52,910 nt of DNA from Vicinamibacteraceae bacterium (GCA_023384595.1 JAHDVQ010000002.1:1-52910), one strand, 5' to 3'. Counted from the stretch's first letter, positions 24,471 to 33,892 are shown. Translations and numbers: made by a program. Notes: generated by a model from the sequence alone, not told the origin.

Positions 24471-25664
24471 ATGAGCGAGAAGAAGTACGAGACGCCGCTC
24501 CTCGACGAGCTGGAGAAGGGCCCCTGGCCCAGCTTCATTCGCGAGATCAAGCAAGAGGCGGAGCGCCCCATGGTCCGCGATCTGCTCGGAGTGCTCGAGC
24601 GGTCGTACGAGGAGCACATCGGCCACTGGAAGCACGGCGGCCTCGTGGGCGTGATGGGATACGGCGGCGGCGTCATCGGCCGCTACTCGGACCTGCCGGA
24701 GGAGTTCCCCGACGTCTCCGAGTTCCACACCTTCCGCGTGAACCAGCCCGCCGGGTGGTTCTACACCTCGGGCGCGCTGCGCGACCTCTGCGACATCTGG
24801 GACAAGCACGGCTCCGGCCTCACCAACATGCACGGCTCGACGGGCGACATCGTGTTCCTCGGCGGCAAGACGACGTCGATCGAGCCGGTCTTCGCCGACC
24901 TCACCGAGAAGGGCTGGGACCTTGGCGGCTCGGGCTCCGACATGCGGACGCCGAGCTGCTGCGCGGGCCCCGCGCGCTGCGAGTGGGCGAACTACGACAC
25001 GCTCAACGCGTGCCACGAGATCACACAGGCCTACCAGGACGAGCTGCATCGGCCGGCGTTCCCGTACAAGTTCAAGCTGAAGTTCGCCGGCTGCCCGAAC
25101 GACTGCGTGGCCTCGGTCGCCCGCGCCGACATGTCCATCATCGGCACCTGGAAGGACGAGATCCAGATCGACCAGGAGCAGGTGCGCGCCTACGCGGCCC
25201 GCGGCATGGACATCGAGCGCGAGATCGTCGAACTGTGCCCCTGCGACTGCATCTCGTGGGACGGCCAGGCGATGGAGATCGCCGACGGCGAGTGCGTGAA
25301 GTGCATGCACTGCATCAACCACATGCCGAAGGCGCTCCGTCCGGGCAAGGAACGCGGCGCCGCGATTCTCATCGGCGCCAAGGCGCCGATCGTCGGTGGC
25401 GCGCTCCTCAGCTCGGTCTTCGTGCCGTTCCTGGAGATGACCCCGCCTTACAGCGACCTGCGCGAGCTCATCGAAGCCATCTGGGACTTCTGGGGTGAGC
25501 ACGGCAAGAACCGCGAACGCGTCGGCGAGTTCATCCAGCGCGTCGGGCTCGGCAAGTTCCTGGAGCAGATCGGGCTCGACCCGGTGCCCGAGATGATCGC
25601 GCACCCGCGCTCGAACCCCTACATCTTCTTCGACGACGAAATCGTGGCCGGGGCCGAGGCCTGA
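24471..25664 (+). CDS. dsrA: dissimilatory sulfite reductase alpha subunit
   Basis: [47 protein letters not shown], and ferredoxin insert [15 protein letters not shown] aaggag. Confidence 0.97.
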   Translation: MSEKKYETPLLDELEKGPWPSFIREIKQEAERPMVRDLLGVLERSYEEHIGHWKHGGLVGVMGYGGGVIGRYSDLPEEFPDVSEFHTFRVNQPAGWFYTSGALRDLCDIWDKHGSGLTNMHGSTGDIVFLGGKTTSIEPVFADLTEKGWDLGGSGSDMRTPSCCAGPARCEWANYDTLNACHEITQAYQDELHRPAFPYKFKLKFAGCPNDCVASVARADMSIIGTWKDEIQIDQEQVRAYAARGMDIEREIVELCPCDCISWDGQAMEIADGECVKCMHCINHMPKALRPGKERGAAILIGAKAPIVGGALLSSVFVPFLEMTPPYSDLRELIEAIWDFWGEHGKNRERVGEFIQRVGLGKFLEQIGLDPVPEMIAHPRSNPYIFFDDEIVAGAEA

Positions 25665-25685
25665 GTGCTGCAAGGAGGACGTGAC

Positions 25686-26762
25686 ATGGCTGTTGCTGGG
25701 CGCAAGACCGACATCGGGCCGCCCCATTACGAGAACTTTCTGCCGCCCGTCATCAAGCGGAACTACGGGAAGTGGGCCTATCACGAGATCCCCGAGCCGG
25801 GGGTGCTGGTCCACGTCAGCGAGTCGGGCGAGAAGCTGTTCACGGTGCGCGCGGGCACGCCGCGCATCCTGAGCATCAAGACGATCAGGACCTTCGCCGA
25901 CCTCGCCGACAAGTACGCCGACGGCTACCTCCGCTTCACCAGCCGGAACAACGTCGAGTTCCTGCTGAGCGACGAGGGGAAGGTGTTCCCGCTCAAGACC
26001 GAGCTGGGCACCCTGGGCTATCCCGTCGGCGGGACGGGGAACGCCATCTCGGCCATCGTGCACACGCAGGGCTGGGTGCACTGCCACTCGGCGGCGTCCG
26101 ACGCGTCGGGCGTGGTGAAGTCGCTGATGGACGCCCTCTATCCGCGGTTCACCTCGATGGACCTGCCCGCGAAGCTGCGCGTCGCCTTCGCGTGCTGCCT
26201 GAACATGTGCGGCGCCGTGCACTGCTCCGACATCGCGGTGCTGGGCGTGCACACGCGGCCGCCGCGCATCGATCACTCGGAGCTGCCGAAGATCTGCGAG
26301 GTGCCGACGCTCATCTCGTCGTGCCCCACCGGCGCGATCCGGCCGACCACCGTCGACGGAAAGCCGTCCGTGGAAGTGGAAGACGGGCAGTGCATGTACT
26401 GCGGCAACTGCTACACGGTCTGCCCGGCGATGAAGATCAACAACCCGAAGACCGACGGCATTTCGATCTGGGTCGGCGGCAAGGTCTCGAACGCGCGGCA
26501 CGAGCCGATGTTCTCGAAGCTCGCGATCCCGTTCCTGCCCAACAACCCGCCGCGCTGGACCGAGGTGGTCGATGCGGTCGTGAACATCGTCGACGTCTAT
26601 GCGAAGCACGCGCGCAAGCACGAGCGCATGGGCGAGTGGATCGAGCGCATCGGGTGGCCGCGCTTCTTCAAGCTCACGGGCATCCCGTTCACGAAGTACC
26701 ACATCGACGACTTCACCCATGCCGGCGAGACCTTCAGGCGCTCCGTGCACCTGAAGTCGTAG
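25686..26762 (+). CDS. dsrB: dissimilatory sulfite reductase beta subunit
   Basis: The ATG at 25686 follows AAGGAGGA. Contains [43 protein letters not shown], and [12 protein letters not shown]. Confidence 0.97.
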   Translation: MAVAGRKTDIGPPHYENFLPPVIKRNYGKWAYHEIPEPGVLVHVSESGEKLFTVRAGTPRILSIKTIRTFADLADKYADGYLRFTSRNNVEFLLSDEGKVFPLKTELGTLGYPVGGTGNAISAIVHTQGWVHCHSAASDASGVVKSLMDALYPRFTSMDLPAKLRVAFACCLNMCGAVHCSDIAVLGVHTRPPRIDHSELPKICEVPTLISSCPTGAIRPTTVDGKPSVEVEDGQCMYCGNCYTVCPAMKINNPKTDGISIWVGGKVSNARHEPMFSKLAIPFLPNNPPRWTEVVDAVVNIVDVYAKHARKHERMGEWIERIGWPRFFKLTGIPFTKYHIDDFTHAGETFRRSVHLKS

Positions 26763-26777
26763 GCGAGGGAGGTCAGC

Positions 26778-27017
26778 ATGAGCGAGATCGCGGTAGCACA
26801 GGTCGCCGAGGCGATGTACGACCTCGTGAAGTCCACCCACGGCAAGAAGAACCTGAAGCCGATGGACCTCACCAAGGCCATGATCGAGCAGTTCGGCGAA
26901 GGCTGCGACAAGCAGATCTGCAAGCAGGCGATCCGCGAGTTGATCGACTCCGGACGCTGCATCTACAGCTACGTCGGGGGCAGCTACATCACGCTGCCGC
27001 CGACGGCGACGGCCTGA
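26778..27017 (+). CDS. dsrD: DsrD-like small protein
   Basis: 79 aa, immediately after dsrB, with a lysine-rich N-terminal half (HGKKNLKPMDLTKAM). The C-terminal YSYVGGSYITL resembles the DsrD YWSSGSTTMY region. Confidence 0.8.
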   Translation: MSEIAVAQVAEAMYDLVKSTHGKKNLKPMDLTKAMIEQFGEGCDKQICKQAIRELIDSGRCIYSYVGGSYITLPPTATA

Positions 27018-27068
27018 CGATCCGGGGGCCGGCCCGCGCCGGGCCGGCCCCGCCTCCAGGAGAGCCAC

Positions 27069-27518
27069 ATGTCCACGACACCGGCGAAGGTCAAGGGACC
27101 CGAACGTACAGCGCAGCTCGTCGACGCCTTGCGGCGCTGGCAGGCCATCGAACGCGATGCCATCGAGCACACCGCCTCGATGATGGAGAAGACGCCGAAC
27201 CCGCTCATCCGGCAGATCCTCGAGATCATCCGGAACGACTCGGTGCAGCATCACCGGGTGCAGCAGTTCATCATCGACACCGTCACCACCACGCCCGTGA
27301 GCCTCACGCCCGAGGAGCTCGGCGCCGTGTGGGACGAGATCGAGGCCCACGACCAGCTCGAGAAGGAAGTCGTCGAGCTCGGGAAGCAGATCCGCAAGGA
27401 ATGCCGCTTCCCCGTCCAGCGCATGCTGCTCGACTACCTCATTCACGACGAGCAGAAGCACGACCTGCTGCTCGGCGAGCTGGAGAAGTTCAAGAAGCAG
27501 CTGTACCCGTACGTATAG
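27069..27518 (+). CDS. hypothetical all-helical Glu/His-rich protein (possibly a ferritin-like helical bundle)
   Basis: 149 aa with a good RBS (ccaggagag) and high GC3. E/H-containing helices IERDAIEHT, NDSVQHHR, EIEAHDQLEKE, and HDEQKHD. Family not recognised with confidence. Confidence 0.6.
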   Translation: MSTTPAKVKGPERTAQLVDALRRWQAIERDAIEHTASMMEKTPNPLIRQILEIIRNDSVQHHRVQQFIIDTVTTTPVSLTPEELGAVWDEIEAHDQLEKEVVELGKQIRKECRFPVQRMLLDYLIHDEQKHDLLLGELEKFKKQLYPYV

Positions 27519-27558
27519 GCTCCAGGCTCCAGGCTCCAGGCTCCAGGCTCCAGGCTTT
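27517..27558. repeat. 7-bp tandem repeat: five perfect AGGCTCC units followed by AGGCTTT
   Basis: Read directly from taggctccaggctccaggctccaggctccaggctccaggctttcg. It starts in the stop codon of the upstream ORF and ends 18 nt before the dsrL ATG. Confidence 0.95.
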
Positions 27559-27575
27559 CGATCGAGAGACGCGCA

Positions 27576-29297
27576 ATGGCACTCCTCAAGAAGAAGGAAG
27601 ACAAGAAACCGTTCGTGGCCAGATCGTCGGCCGGGGGCACCGGGTCCGAGATTTCGCCGCTGCGTCCGGTGGCCGTGCTGAAGGAGCCGCCGTGCATCGG
27701 GCACTGCCCGAGCGGGAACGACATCCGCGGGTGGCTGACGATCATCGCCCAGCGGGAGAAGCTGGGCCTGAGCCTCGACGAGGCCTGCACGCGCGCGTGG
27801 CGGATCGAGGTCGAGACCAACCCCTTCCCCGCTGTCATGGGCCGCGTCTGCCCGCACCCCTGCGAGGGCGAGTGCAACCGCAAGGTGAAGGATGGCGCGG
27901 TGGCCATCAACTCGGTCGAGCGCTTCATCGGCGACTTCGGCCTCGAGCACGCGCTTGCGCTGCCGCGCCTCACCTCGGAGCCGAAGCCGCAGAAGGTCGC
28001 GGTGGTCGGCGCGGGGCCCTCGGGCCTCTCGTGCGCCTACCAGCTCGCGCGCCGTGGCTACCCCGTCACCGTCTTCGAGGCCTTCGAGAAGCCGGGCGGC
28101 ATGCTTCGCTACGGCATTCCCGAATACCGCCTGCCGCGGCAGGTCCTCGACGGCGAGATCCAGCGCATCGCCGACCTCGGCGTCGAGATCCGCTGCGGCA
28201 CCACCATCGGCGGTGACGTGTCGCTCGACGACCTGCGCCGCGAGTACCAGGCGGTGTTTGTCGGCATCGGCGCGCACAAGGGCCGCAACCTCGGCATCGC
28301 GGGCGAAGAGGGCGCCGGCGTCTACACCGGCACCGAGTTCCTCAACCGCGCGAACCGCGGCGAGTCGGTCGCTCTCGGCCGGCACGTGGTCGTCGTCGGC
28401 GGAGGCGATACGGCCATCGACGCCGCGCGCGTCTCGCTGCGCCTCGGCTCCGACGTGGCGGCGGTGTCGCGGCGCATGGGCGCGGGCGTCACCGTCCTCT
28501 ACCGCCGCACCCGCGCCGAGATGCCCGCCATCGGCCGCGAGATCGAGGAGGCCCTCGAAGAGGGCATCCGCATCGAGTACCTCGCCGCGCCGGTGCGCGT
28601 CGTGCGCAACGGCGACGGGCAGATGACCGGCATCGTCGTCCAGCGCATGGCGCTTGGCGAACCCGATGCGTCGGGCCGTCGCCGCCCGGTGCCGATCGAA
28701 GGCGATACCTACGAGATCGAGGCCGACACGCTCATCACCGCCGTCAGCCAGGAACCCGACTGGTCGAGCCTCGGCACCGCCGAGGTGAAGGGATCGTGGC
28801 TCGAGGTGGACGAGTGGGGGCACACCGGCATGCCCGACGTGTGGTCGGGCGGCGACTCGGTGGGCCTCGGCCTGGCGACCATTTCAATTGGCCAGGGGCG
28901 CAAGGCCGCCGAAGCCATCGACGCGGCGCTGCGCGGCGTCGAGCCCACGAAGCCCGCGCCGCTGCCGCGCGTCGGCCCCGAGCGCATCAAGCTCGATTAC
29001 TACGAGCCCAAGCCGCGCGCCGAACGCACGGTGCTCGGCCCCGAGGATCGCCTGGCCCGCCCGACCGAGGAGGTCGACAAGGGCATCACGGACGAGGCCG
29101 CCCTCTTCGAGACGACGCGGTGCTTCTCGTGCGGATCCTGCTTCGGGTGCGAGCGCTGCTGGATGTACTGCCAGAACAACTGCGTGAAGAAGCTCACGCC
29201 CGAACCGGGCCACTACTACAAGATCGACCTCACGGTGTGCGACGGCTGCAAGAAGTGCGCGGAAGAGTGCCCGTGCGGGTTCCTCGAGATGGTGTGA
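27576..29297 (+). CDS. dsrL: DsrL-type NAD(P)H:acceptor oxidoreductase (GltD-like with a C-terminal ferredoxin domain)
   Basis: CIGHCPSGNDIRGW, CPHPCEGECNR, VAVVGAGPSGL, VVVVGGGDTAIDAAR, and C-terminal CFSCGSCFGCERC...CDGCKKCAEECPCG. It lies inside the dsr operon. Confidence 0.88.
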   Translation: MALLKKKEDKKPFVARSSAGGTGSEISPLRPVAVLKEPPCIGHCPSGNDIRGWLTIIAQREKLGLSLDEACTRAWRIEVETNPFPAVMGRVCPHPCEGECNRKVKDGAVAINSVERFIGDFGLEHALALPRLTSEPKPQKVAVVGAGPSGLSCAYQLARRGYPVTVFEAFEKPGGMLRYGIPEYRLPRQVLDGEIQRIADLGVEIRCGTTIGGDVSLDDLRREYQAVFVGIGAHKGRNLGIAGEEGAGVYTGTEFLNRANRGESVALGRHVVVVGGGDTAIDAARVSLRLGSDVAAVSRRMGAGVTVLYRRTRAEMPAIGREIEEALEEGIRIEYLAAPVRVVRNGDGQMTGIVVQRMALGEPDASGRRRPVPIEGDTYEIEADTLITAVSQEPDWSSLGTAEVKGSWLEVDEWGHTGMPDVWSGGDSVGLGLATISIGQGRKAAEAIDAALRGVEPTKPAPLPRVGPERIKLDYYEPKPRAERTVLGPEDRLARPTEEVDKGITDEAALFETTRCFSCGSCFGCERCWMYCQNNCVKKLTPEPGHYYKIDLTVCDGCKKCAEECPCGFLEMV

Positions 29298-29304
29298 GCC
29301 GGCG

Positions 29305-30696
29305 ATGACGATCCACGTGCCGCGCCTCGTCGTGGCCGGTCTCTCGGGAGATGCCGGCAAGACCCTGGTCGCCCTGGGTCTGGCGCGGACGCTCGTGGAT
29401 CGCGGAGTGCGCGTCGCCCCCTTCAAGAAGGGCCCCGACTACATCGACGCGGCCTGGCTCGGCCTGGCCGCCGGGGCGCCGGGGCGGAACCTCGACACGT
29501 TCATGATGCCGCCCGAGGCGCTCTCGGCCGCGCTCGCGCGCGCGGCCGGGGCCGGCATCGTCCTCGTCGAGGGCAACCGCGGTCTGCACGACGGCGCCGA
29601 CGCCACGGGCACGCACTCGACGGCGGAGCTCGCCAAGCGCCTCGGCGCGCCCGTCGTGCTGGTCGCCGATGCCACGAAGACCACGCGCACGCTGGCCGCG
29701 TGCGTGAAGGGCTGCGCCGTGATCGACCCGGACCTGCGCCTGGCTGGCGTGATTCTCAATCGCGTCGCCACCGCGCGCCAGGCCAGGGTCATCACCGACG
29801 CGTTCGCCTCGATGGACGGGCCGCCCGTCGTCGGCGCGATCCCGCGGCTCGACGGCGACCCGCTGCCGTCGCGCCATCTCGGCCTCGTCACCGCCGTCGA
29901 GCACGGCGACAGCCTGGCCGCCATCGCGCGTGCGGCGTCGATCGTGGCCGCCCACGTCGACGTCGAGACGCTCGTCGCCATCGCCCGGAGCGCCGCGCCC
30001 ATTGACGCGACGGTTCCGCAGCCTCTCGTCGCGGCTCCCGGGCCGCGGGTCCGCATTGGCGTCCTGCGCGACGAGGCCTTCAGCTTCTACTACCCTGACA
30101 ACCTCGACGCCCTCACCGAGGCCGGCGCCGACCTCGTCGAGGTCTCGCCGCTGCGCGCGCCGGCGGTGCCCGAGGTCGATGCCATCTACGCCGGAGGAGG
30201 GTTTCCTGAGATTCACGCCGCCGCGCTGGCCGCTAACGGGTCGTTCCTCCGCTCGGTCCGGCAACTTGCCGCCGCGGGTCTGCCCATCTTCGCGGAGTGC
30301 GGCGGCGTGATGTTCCTTGCCCGCGAGCTGCGCGTCGGCGGGCGCGCGCACGCGATGGCGGGGGCCCTCGACATCGCCATCGAGCAGACGTCCAGGCCGC
30401 AGGGCCACGGCTACGTCGAGGGCGTGGTCGACCGCGCGAATCCCTTCCTGCCGGAGGGGACACCCCTGCGCGGGCACGAGTTCCACTACTCGCACATCGT
30501 CGAATCACGGGAGCCGGAGACGGCCGTGTCGCTCACGCGCGGCACCGGTGTCGGCGCCCGCCGCGACGCCCTGGTGTCGCGCTCGATCTGGGCCTCGTAC
30601 TTGCACGTGCACGCGCTGGCGACGCCCGAGTGGGCCCGCGGCCTCGTGGCCGCCGCCGCCGAGTGGCGCCGGGCCGGGCGCGTGGTGTGGGCCTGA
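29305..30696 (+). CDS. dsrN: cobyrinic acid a,c-diamide synthase-like siroheme amidase
   Basis: VVAGLSGDAGKT, FKKGPDYID, and a C-terminal glutamine amidotransferase region (FAECGG, GHEFHYS). Confidence 0.9.
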   Translation: MTIHVPRLVVAGLSGDAGKTLVALGLARTLVDRGVRVAPFKKGPDYIDAAWLGLAAGAPGRNLDTFMMPPEALSAALARAAGAGIVLVEGNRGLHDGADATGTHSTAELAKRLGAPVVLVADATKTTRTLAACVKGCAVIDPDLRLAGVILNRVATARQARVITDAFASMDGPPVVGAIPRLDGDPLPSRHLGLVTAVEHGDSLAAIARAASIVAAHVDVETLVAIARSAAPIDATVPQPLVAAPGPRVRIGVLRDEAFSFYYPDNLDALTEAGADLVEVSPLRAPAVPEVDAIYAGGGFPEIHAAALAANGSFLRSVRQLAAAGLPIFAECGGVMFLARELRVGGRAHAMAGALDIAIEQTSRPQGHGYVEGVVDRANPFLPEGTPLRGHEFHYSHIVESREPETAVSLTRGTGVGARRDALVSRSIWASYLHVHALATPEWARGLVAAAAEWRRAGRVVWA

Positions 30697-31193
30697 AAGA
30701 CGATGTCCGGGTGTGGCTGCAGTCGGGCGATCACGCCGCGGTCGCTGCCGGAGTGGCGGCAGATCCGCGGGTGGTCCGGCACCTCGTCGCCCGGCTCTGG
30801 GACGGTGAGCCGGCCGTCAGGAGCGCAGCGGTGCGGGGCCTCGGCGAGGCCGCACGCCACCATCCGGCGCTCGCGCTCGAGGTGGTGCGGGGCTTCATCT
30901 GGGCGCTCAACGACGAGTCGGCGACGAATGCCGGCGCCGTCCTGGCCGCCCTCGGCGAGATGGGACGTGCCGTGCCCACCCTCGTCGCTCCGTTCCTCGG
31001 GGCGATCGTCTCGCACCTCGACGACGAGGGACTGCGGGTGGAGTTGATCGACGCGCTCACCGCCGTCGCGACCGTCGCGCCCGATTGCGTCGCCCCGTAT
31101 CGTGCCGCCGTCGCGGAGGCGGCCGATGGCACTCGGCCCGGGGAACGCCGCGCGCTCGCGGCGCTCGCGCGGGCACTCGAAGGGAGTTCGTAA
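30687..31193 (+). CDS. HEAT/PBS-lyase-like repeat protein (start codon uncertain: GTG at 30687 or 30711)
   Basis: EPAVRSAAVRGLGEAARHHP and LAALGEMGRAVP repeats. There is no in-frame ATG after the dsrN stop. GC3 is high. Confidence 0.55.
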   Translation: MGLKDDVRVWLQSGDHAAVAAGVAADPRVVRHLVARLWDGEPAVRSAAVRGLGEAARHHPALALEVVRGFIWALNDESATNAGAVLAALGEMGRAVPTLVAPFLGAIVSHLDDEGLRVELIDALTAVATVAPDCVAPYRAAVAEAADGTRPGERRALAALARALEGSS

Positions 31194-31768
31194 TGCACAC
31201 CGAAACCATCGCCGACCGGGTCGAGCGCTGCCGCCTCCAGGTCGAGGCGGCGCCCGATTCGGCCGCGGCCCACTTCAACCTGGGCCTCGCGTACACGGCG
31301 CGCGGGCTCGTGGCCAAGGCCAAGGAGGAGTACCGCGCGGCGCTCGCGCTCGATGCCACCCTGGTCGAGGCGTGGGTCAACCTCGGTGGGGCGCTGCTGC
31401 TCGAATGGGATTTTCCCGGCGCCGCCGACGCCAACCGCCAGGCGCTCGCGCTCAGGCCCGACCTCGTCGAGGCTCACTTCAACCTGGGGCAGGCGTGCCT
31501 GTACCAGAGCGACGCCGACGGCCTCACGGCCAGTTGCGAACGCGTCGTGGCGCTGGCGCCCGATCACGCGGCAGGCCACTACTTCCTGGCCGTCGGGCTG
31601 CTCGCCCTCGGCCGCGCGCCCGAGGCGCGCGCCGCCGTCGCCCGCGCGACGGCCCTCGGTTATCGTCCAACGCCCGAATTCCTTCGGCGGCTCGAGCGGG
31701 CGGAACTGTCGTCGAGCCAACCCACCCCGCCCGCGCTCGAGATCGCGGGACCCTCAAAGGAGCAGTGA
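31193..31768 (+). CDS. TPR-repeat protein
   Basis: The ATG overlaps the upstream TAA. Repeats AHFNLGLAYTARGLVAKAKEEYRAALALD, AWVNLGGALL, and AHFNLGQACL. Confidence 0.8.
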   Translation: MHTETIADRVERCRLQVEAAPDSAAAHFNLGLAYTARGLVAKAKEEYRAALALDATLVEAWVNLGGALLLEWDFPGAADANRQALALRPDLVEAHFNLGQACLYQSDADGLTASCERVVALAPDHAAGHYFLAVGLLALGRAPEARAAVARATALGYRPTPEFLRRLERAELSSSQPTPPALEIAGPSKEQ

Positions 31769-31772
31769 GAAG

Positions 31773-32090
31773 ATGGCCACGTTCACCCAAGGAGACGTCA
31801 GCTTCGCCGTCGACGAAGACGGCTTCATGGCCGAACCGGAGAAGTGGGACGAGAAGATCGCCCTGGCGCTTGCCGGCACCGAGGGCGTCGAGACGCTGAC
31901 CGACGACCACTGGAAGGTGGTCAACTACCTGCGGAATTATTTCCTGCAGTTCGGTGTGGCGCCCATGATCCGGAAGCTCTGCAAGGAGACCGGGTTCGAC
32001 CTGAAGACGATCTACGCCCTCTTCCCCTCGGGTCCGGCCAAGGGCGCCTGCAAGGTCGCCGGCCTCCCGAAGCCGACCGGCTGCGTCTAG
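31773..32090 (+). CDS. dsrC: DsrC (TusE/DsrC family) with both conserved C-terminal cysteines
   Basis: 105 aa containing HWKVVNYLRNYF and ending ...GACKVAGLPKPTGCV. Confidence 0.95.
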   Translation: MATFTQGDVSFAVDEDGFMAEPEKWDEKIALALAGTEGVETLTDDHWKVVNYLRNYFLQFGVAPMIRKLCKETGFDLKTIYALFPSGPAKGACKVAGLPKPTGCV

Positions 32091-32140
32091 ACCGGACCTG
32101 AACGACACGGGTCCGCGTTACGCGTCGCGCGCCCCGGAGC

Positions 32141-32156
32141 GTTACCCGCACGTAAC
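32141..32156. promoter_or_regulatory. GTTAC-N6-GTAAC palindromic motif copy (candidate enhancer/UAS)
   Basis: gcGTTACccgcacGTAACgc is a perfect 7-bp inverted repeat, centred about 101 bp upstream of the -24 GG at 32250. An extra half-site CGTTAC is at 32116-32121. Confidence 0.5.
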
Positions 32157-32248
32157 GCCTCGGGGCCGCGCTCCTGCCCGCGACCGCCCCCGCCCTCGTA
32201 AGTCGCGCAAATACGGGCGTTTCCTTCGCCCTCGCCCCGATTGCGATC

Positions 32249-32264
32249 GGGCACGCTGGTTGCT
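32249..32264 (+). promoter_or_regulatory. sigma54 (-24/-12) promoter candidate for the dsrMKJOP operon
   Basis: gGGCACGctggTTGCTc, with GG at 32250-32251 and GC at 32262-32263. Confidence 0.6.
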
Positions 32265-32276
32265 CCCTCTCCCCTC

Positions 32277-32837
32277 GTGCGTGCTCCGCTTCCCCTCGAC
32301 CCCGCGCTCCGCGAGGCGCTCGCCGCCCGGCGGGATGCCCTTGTCGCCGCCTGGCGCGAGCGGGTGCTCGCCTCCTATCCCGAGGAGGCCCTGCGCCTGC
32401 TGCGCCGCTCGCCGGATCCGTTCAGCAATCCCGTCGTGCACCGCCTGCACGAGGCCACCGCGGCCATCGTGGACCTGCTGATCCTGCCGGTCGCCGCGCC
32501 CGGCGATCTCGCCGCCGCGCTCGATCCGCTCATGCGCGTCAAGGCCGTGCAGTCGCAGTCGGCCTCCGAGGCGGCCGGGTCGGTGCTGCTCCTCAAGCGC
32601 GCCGCTGCCGACGTGCTGGGCGATGCCTGCTCGCCGCGCGATCGGGCTGCCATCGACGAGGCCTGTGACGCGCTGATGCTCGCCGCCTTCGACGCGTACA
32701 TGCGGTGCCGCGACGAACTGCACGCCATCCGGCTGCGCGACGTCAGGCGTCGTGTCGCCGTCGTACTCGAACGCTTTGCCGGGACGGCCACCGAGGAGGC
32801 CGCGGCCGACGACGGGACGCGCGTCCCGCTCGGTTGA
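32277..32837 (+). CDS. RsbRD-N-terminal-domain-like protein in the position of dsrT (upstream of dsrM)
   Basis: LREALAARRDALVAAWRERVLASYPEEALRLLRRSPDPFSNPV fits the RsbRD_N-type opening. The track start (TTG at 32241) overlaps the promoter, so I prefer the GTG at 32277. Confidence 0.5.
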   Translation: MRAPLPLDPALREALAARRDALVAAWRERVLASYPEEALRLLRRSPDPFSNPVVHRLHEATAAIVDLLILPVAAPGDLAAALDPLMRVKAVQSQSASEAAGSVLLLKRAAADVLGDACSPRDRAAIDEACDALMLAAFDAYMRCRDELHAIRLRDVRRRVAVVLERFAGTATEEAAADDGTRVPLG

Positions 32838-32854
32838 TGACGGAGGAACCCACC

Positions 32855-33892
32855 ATGCGTGTTCTCGTCGCCCTGCTCGCCGTGCTCGCCCTGGTGGTCG
32901 TGGGCTGGGCCGGCGCCGGGCTTCCCTGGGTGACCGGCATCGTCGTGCCCGGCGTCGCCTTCGCCGTCTTCGTCGTGGGGTTCGTGGTCCGGGTGATCCG
33001 ATGGGGCCGTTCGCCGGTGCCCTTCAACATCACGAGCGTCGCGGGTCAGCAGGCCTCGCTTCCCTGGATTGATCGCTCACCGCTCGACAGCCCGAAGAAC
33101 GGCTTCGAGGCCGCGTTGCGGGTGGCCGCCGACGTCCTCCTCTTCCGGCCCCTCTTCAGGAACACCCGGACGAAGCGCGGGCACGACAGGCATCCAGTCT
33201 ACGTGCCCGAGCGCCTCCTCTGGGCGGCGGCGCTCGTCTTCCACTACGCGCTGCTCGTCGTGATCCTGCGGCACCTGCGGTTCTTCCTCGAGCCGCCTCC
33301 ACCGCTGGTCGGCGCCATCGACTGGTGGGACGGCTTCTTCCAGCTGACGACGCCGGTGCTCTACATGACCGACGTGCTGCTGGTGGCGGCGCTCGTCTTC
33401 CTCCTGGGCCGCCGCCTCGTCGATCGGGGGTTGCGCTATCTGTCGCTCCCGGCCGACTACTTCCCGTTGTTCCTGCTGCTCGGCGTGGCGTTGAGCGGGC
33501 TCTACATGCGGCACCTCGGGAAGGTGGACCTCATCGCGGTCAAGGAGCTCGCGCTCGGGCTGGCCACCTTCCAGCCTCGCGTGCCCGCCGGCCTCGACGC
33601 GGCCGTCTTCGTGCACCTGGTGCTCGTGAGCGTGCTGGTCGCCTATATCCCGTGGAGCAAGTTGATGCACATGGGCGGCATCTTCCTGAGCCCCACCCGC
33701 ACGCTCGCCAACGACTCGCGCCGCCGGCGCCACGTGAACCCCTGGAATCCCCAGGTCGCGGTCCACACCTACGCGGAATGGGAAGACGAGTTCCGCGACA
33801 AGCTGGTCGCCGCCGGTTATCCCCTCGACACGGCGCCTGCGGCGGCGCCGGCCGCCACCTCCGCCCCGTCCTCCGAGAGCGTACACGCATGA
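32855..33892 (+). CDS. dsrM: DsrM membrane cytochrome b (NarI/HdrE-like)
   Basis: The ATG at 32855 follows ggagga. Multi-TM protein containing VFHYALLVVILRHLRFF and IPWSKLMHM. It immediately precedes dsrK. Confidence 0.88.
   Translation: MRVLVALLAVLALVVVGWAGAGLPWVTGIVVPGVAFAVFVVGFVVRVIRWGRSPVPFNITSVAGQQASLPWIDRSPLDSPKNGFEAALRVAADVLLFRPLFRNTRTKRGHDRHPVYVPERLLWAAALVFHYALLVVILRHLRFFLEPPPPLVGAIDWWDGFFQLTTPVLYMTDVLLVAALVFLLGRRLVDRGLRYLSLPADYFPLFLLLGVALSGLYMRHLGKVDLIAVKELALGLATFQPRVPAGLDAAVFVHLVLVSVLVAYIPWSKLMHMGGIFLSPTRTLANDSRRRRHVNPWNPQVAVHTYAEWEDEFRDKLVAAGYPLDTAPAAAPAATSAPSSESVHA

Noticed and set aside
24447-28823. 1458-aa minus-strand ORF
   Set aside because: It is antisense to dsrA, dsrB, dsrD, the helical ORF and dsrL, all of which have unmistakable motifs on the + strand. 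Its composition is a typical high-GC antisense artefact.
30703-31047. 114-aa + strand ORF starting with an ATG just after dsrN
   Set aside because: It has a Cys/Arg/Ser-rich composition and no repeats, and it is out of frame with the HEAT-repeat reading frame, which shows clear repeat structure and continues to the TAA at 31193.
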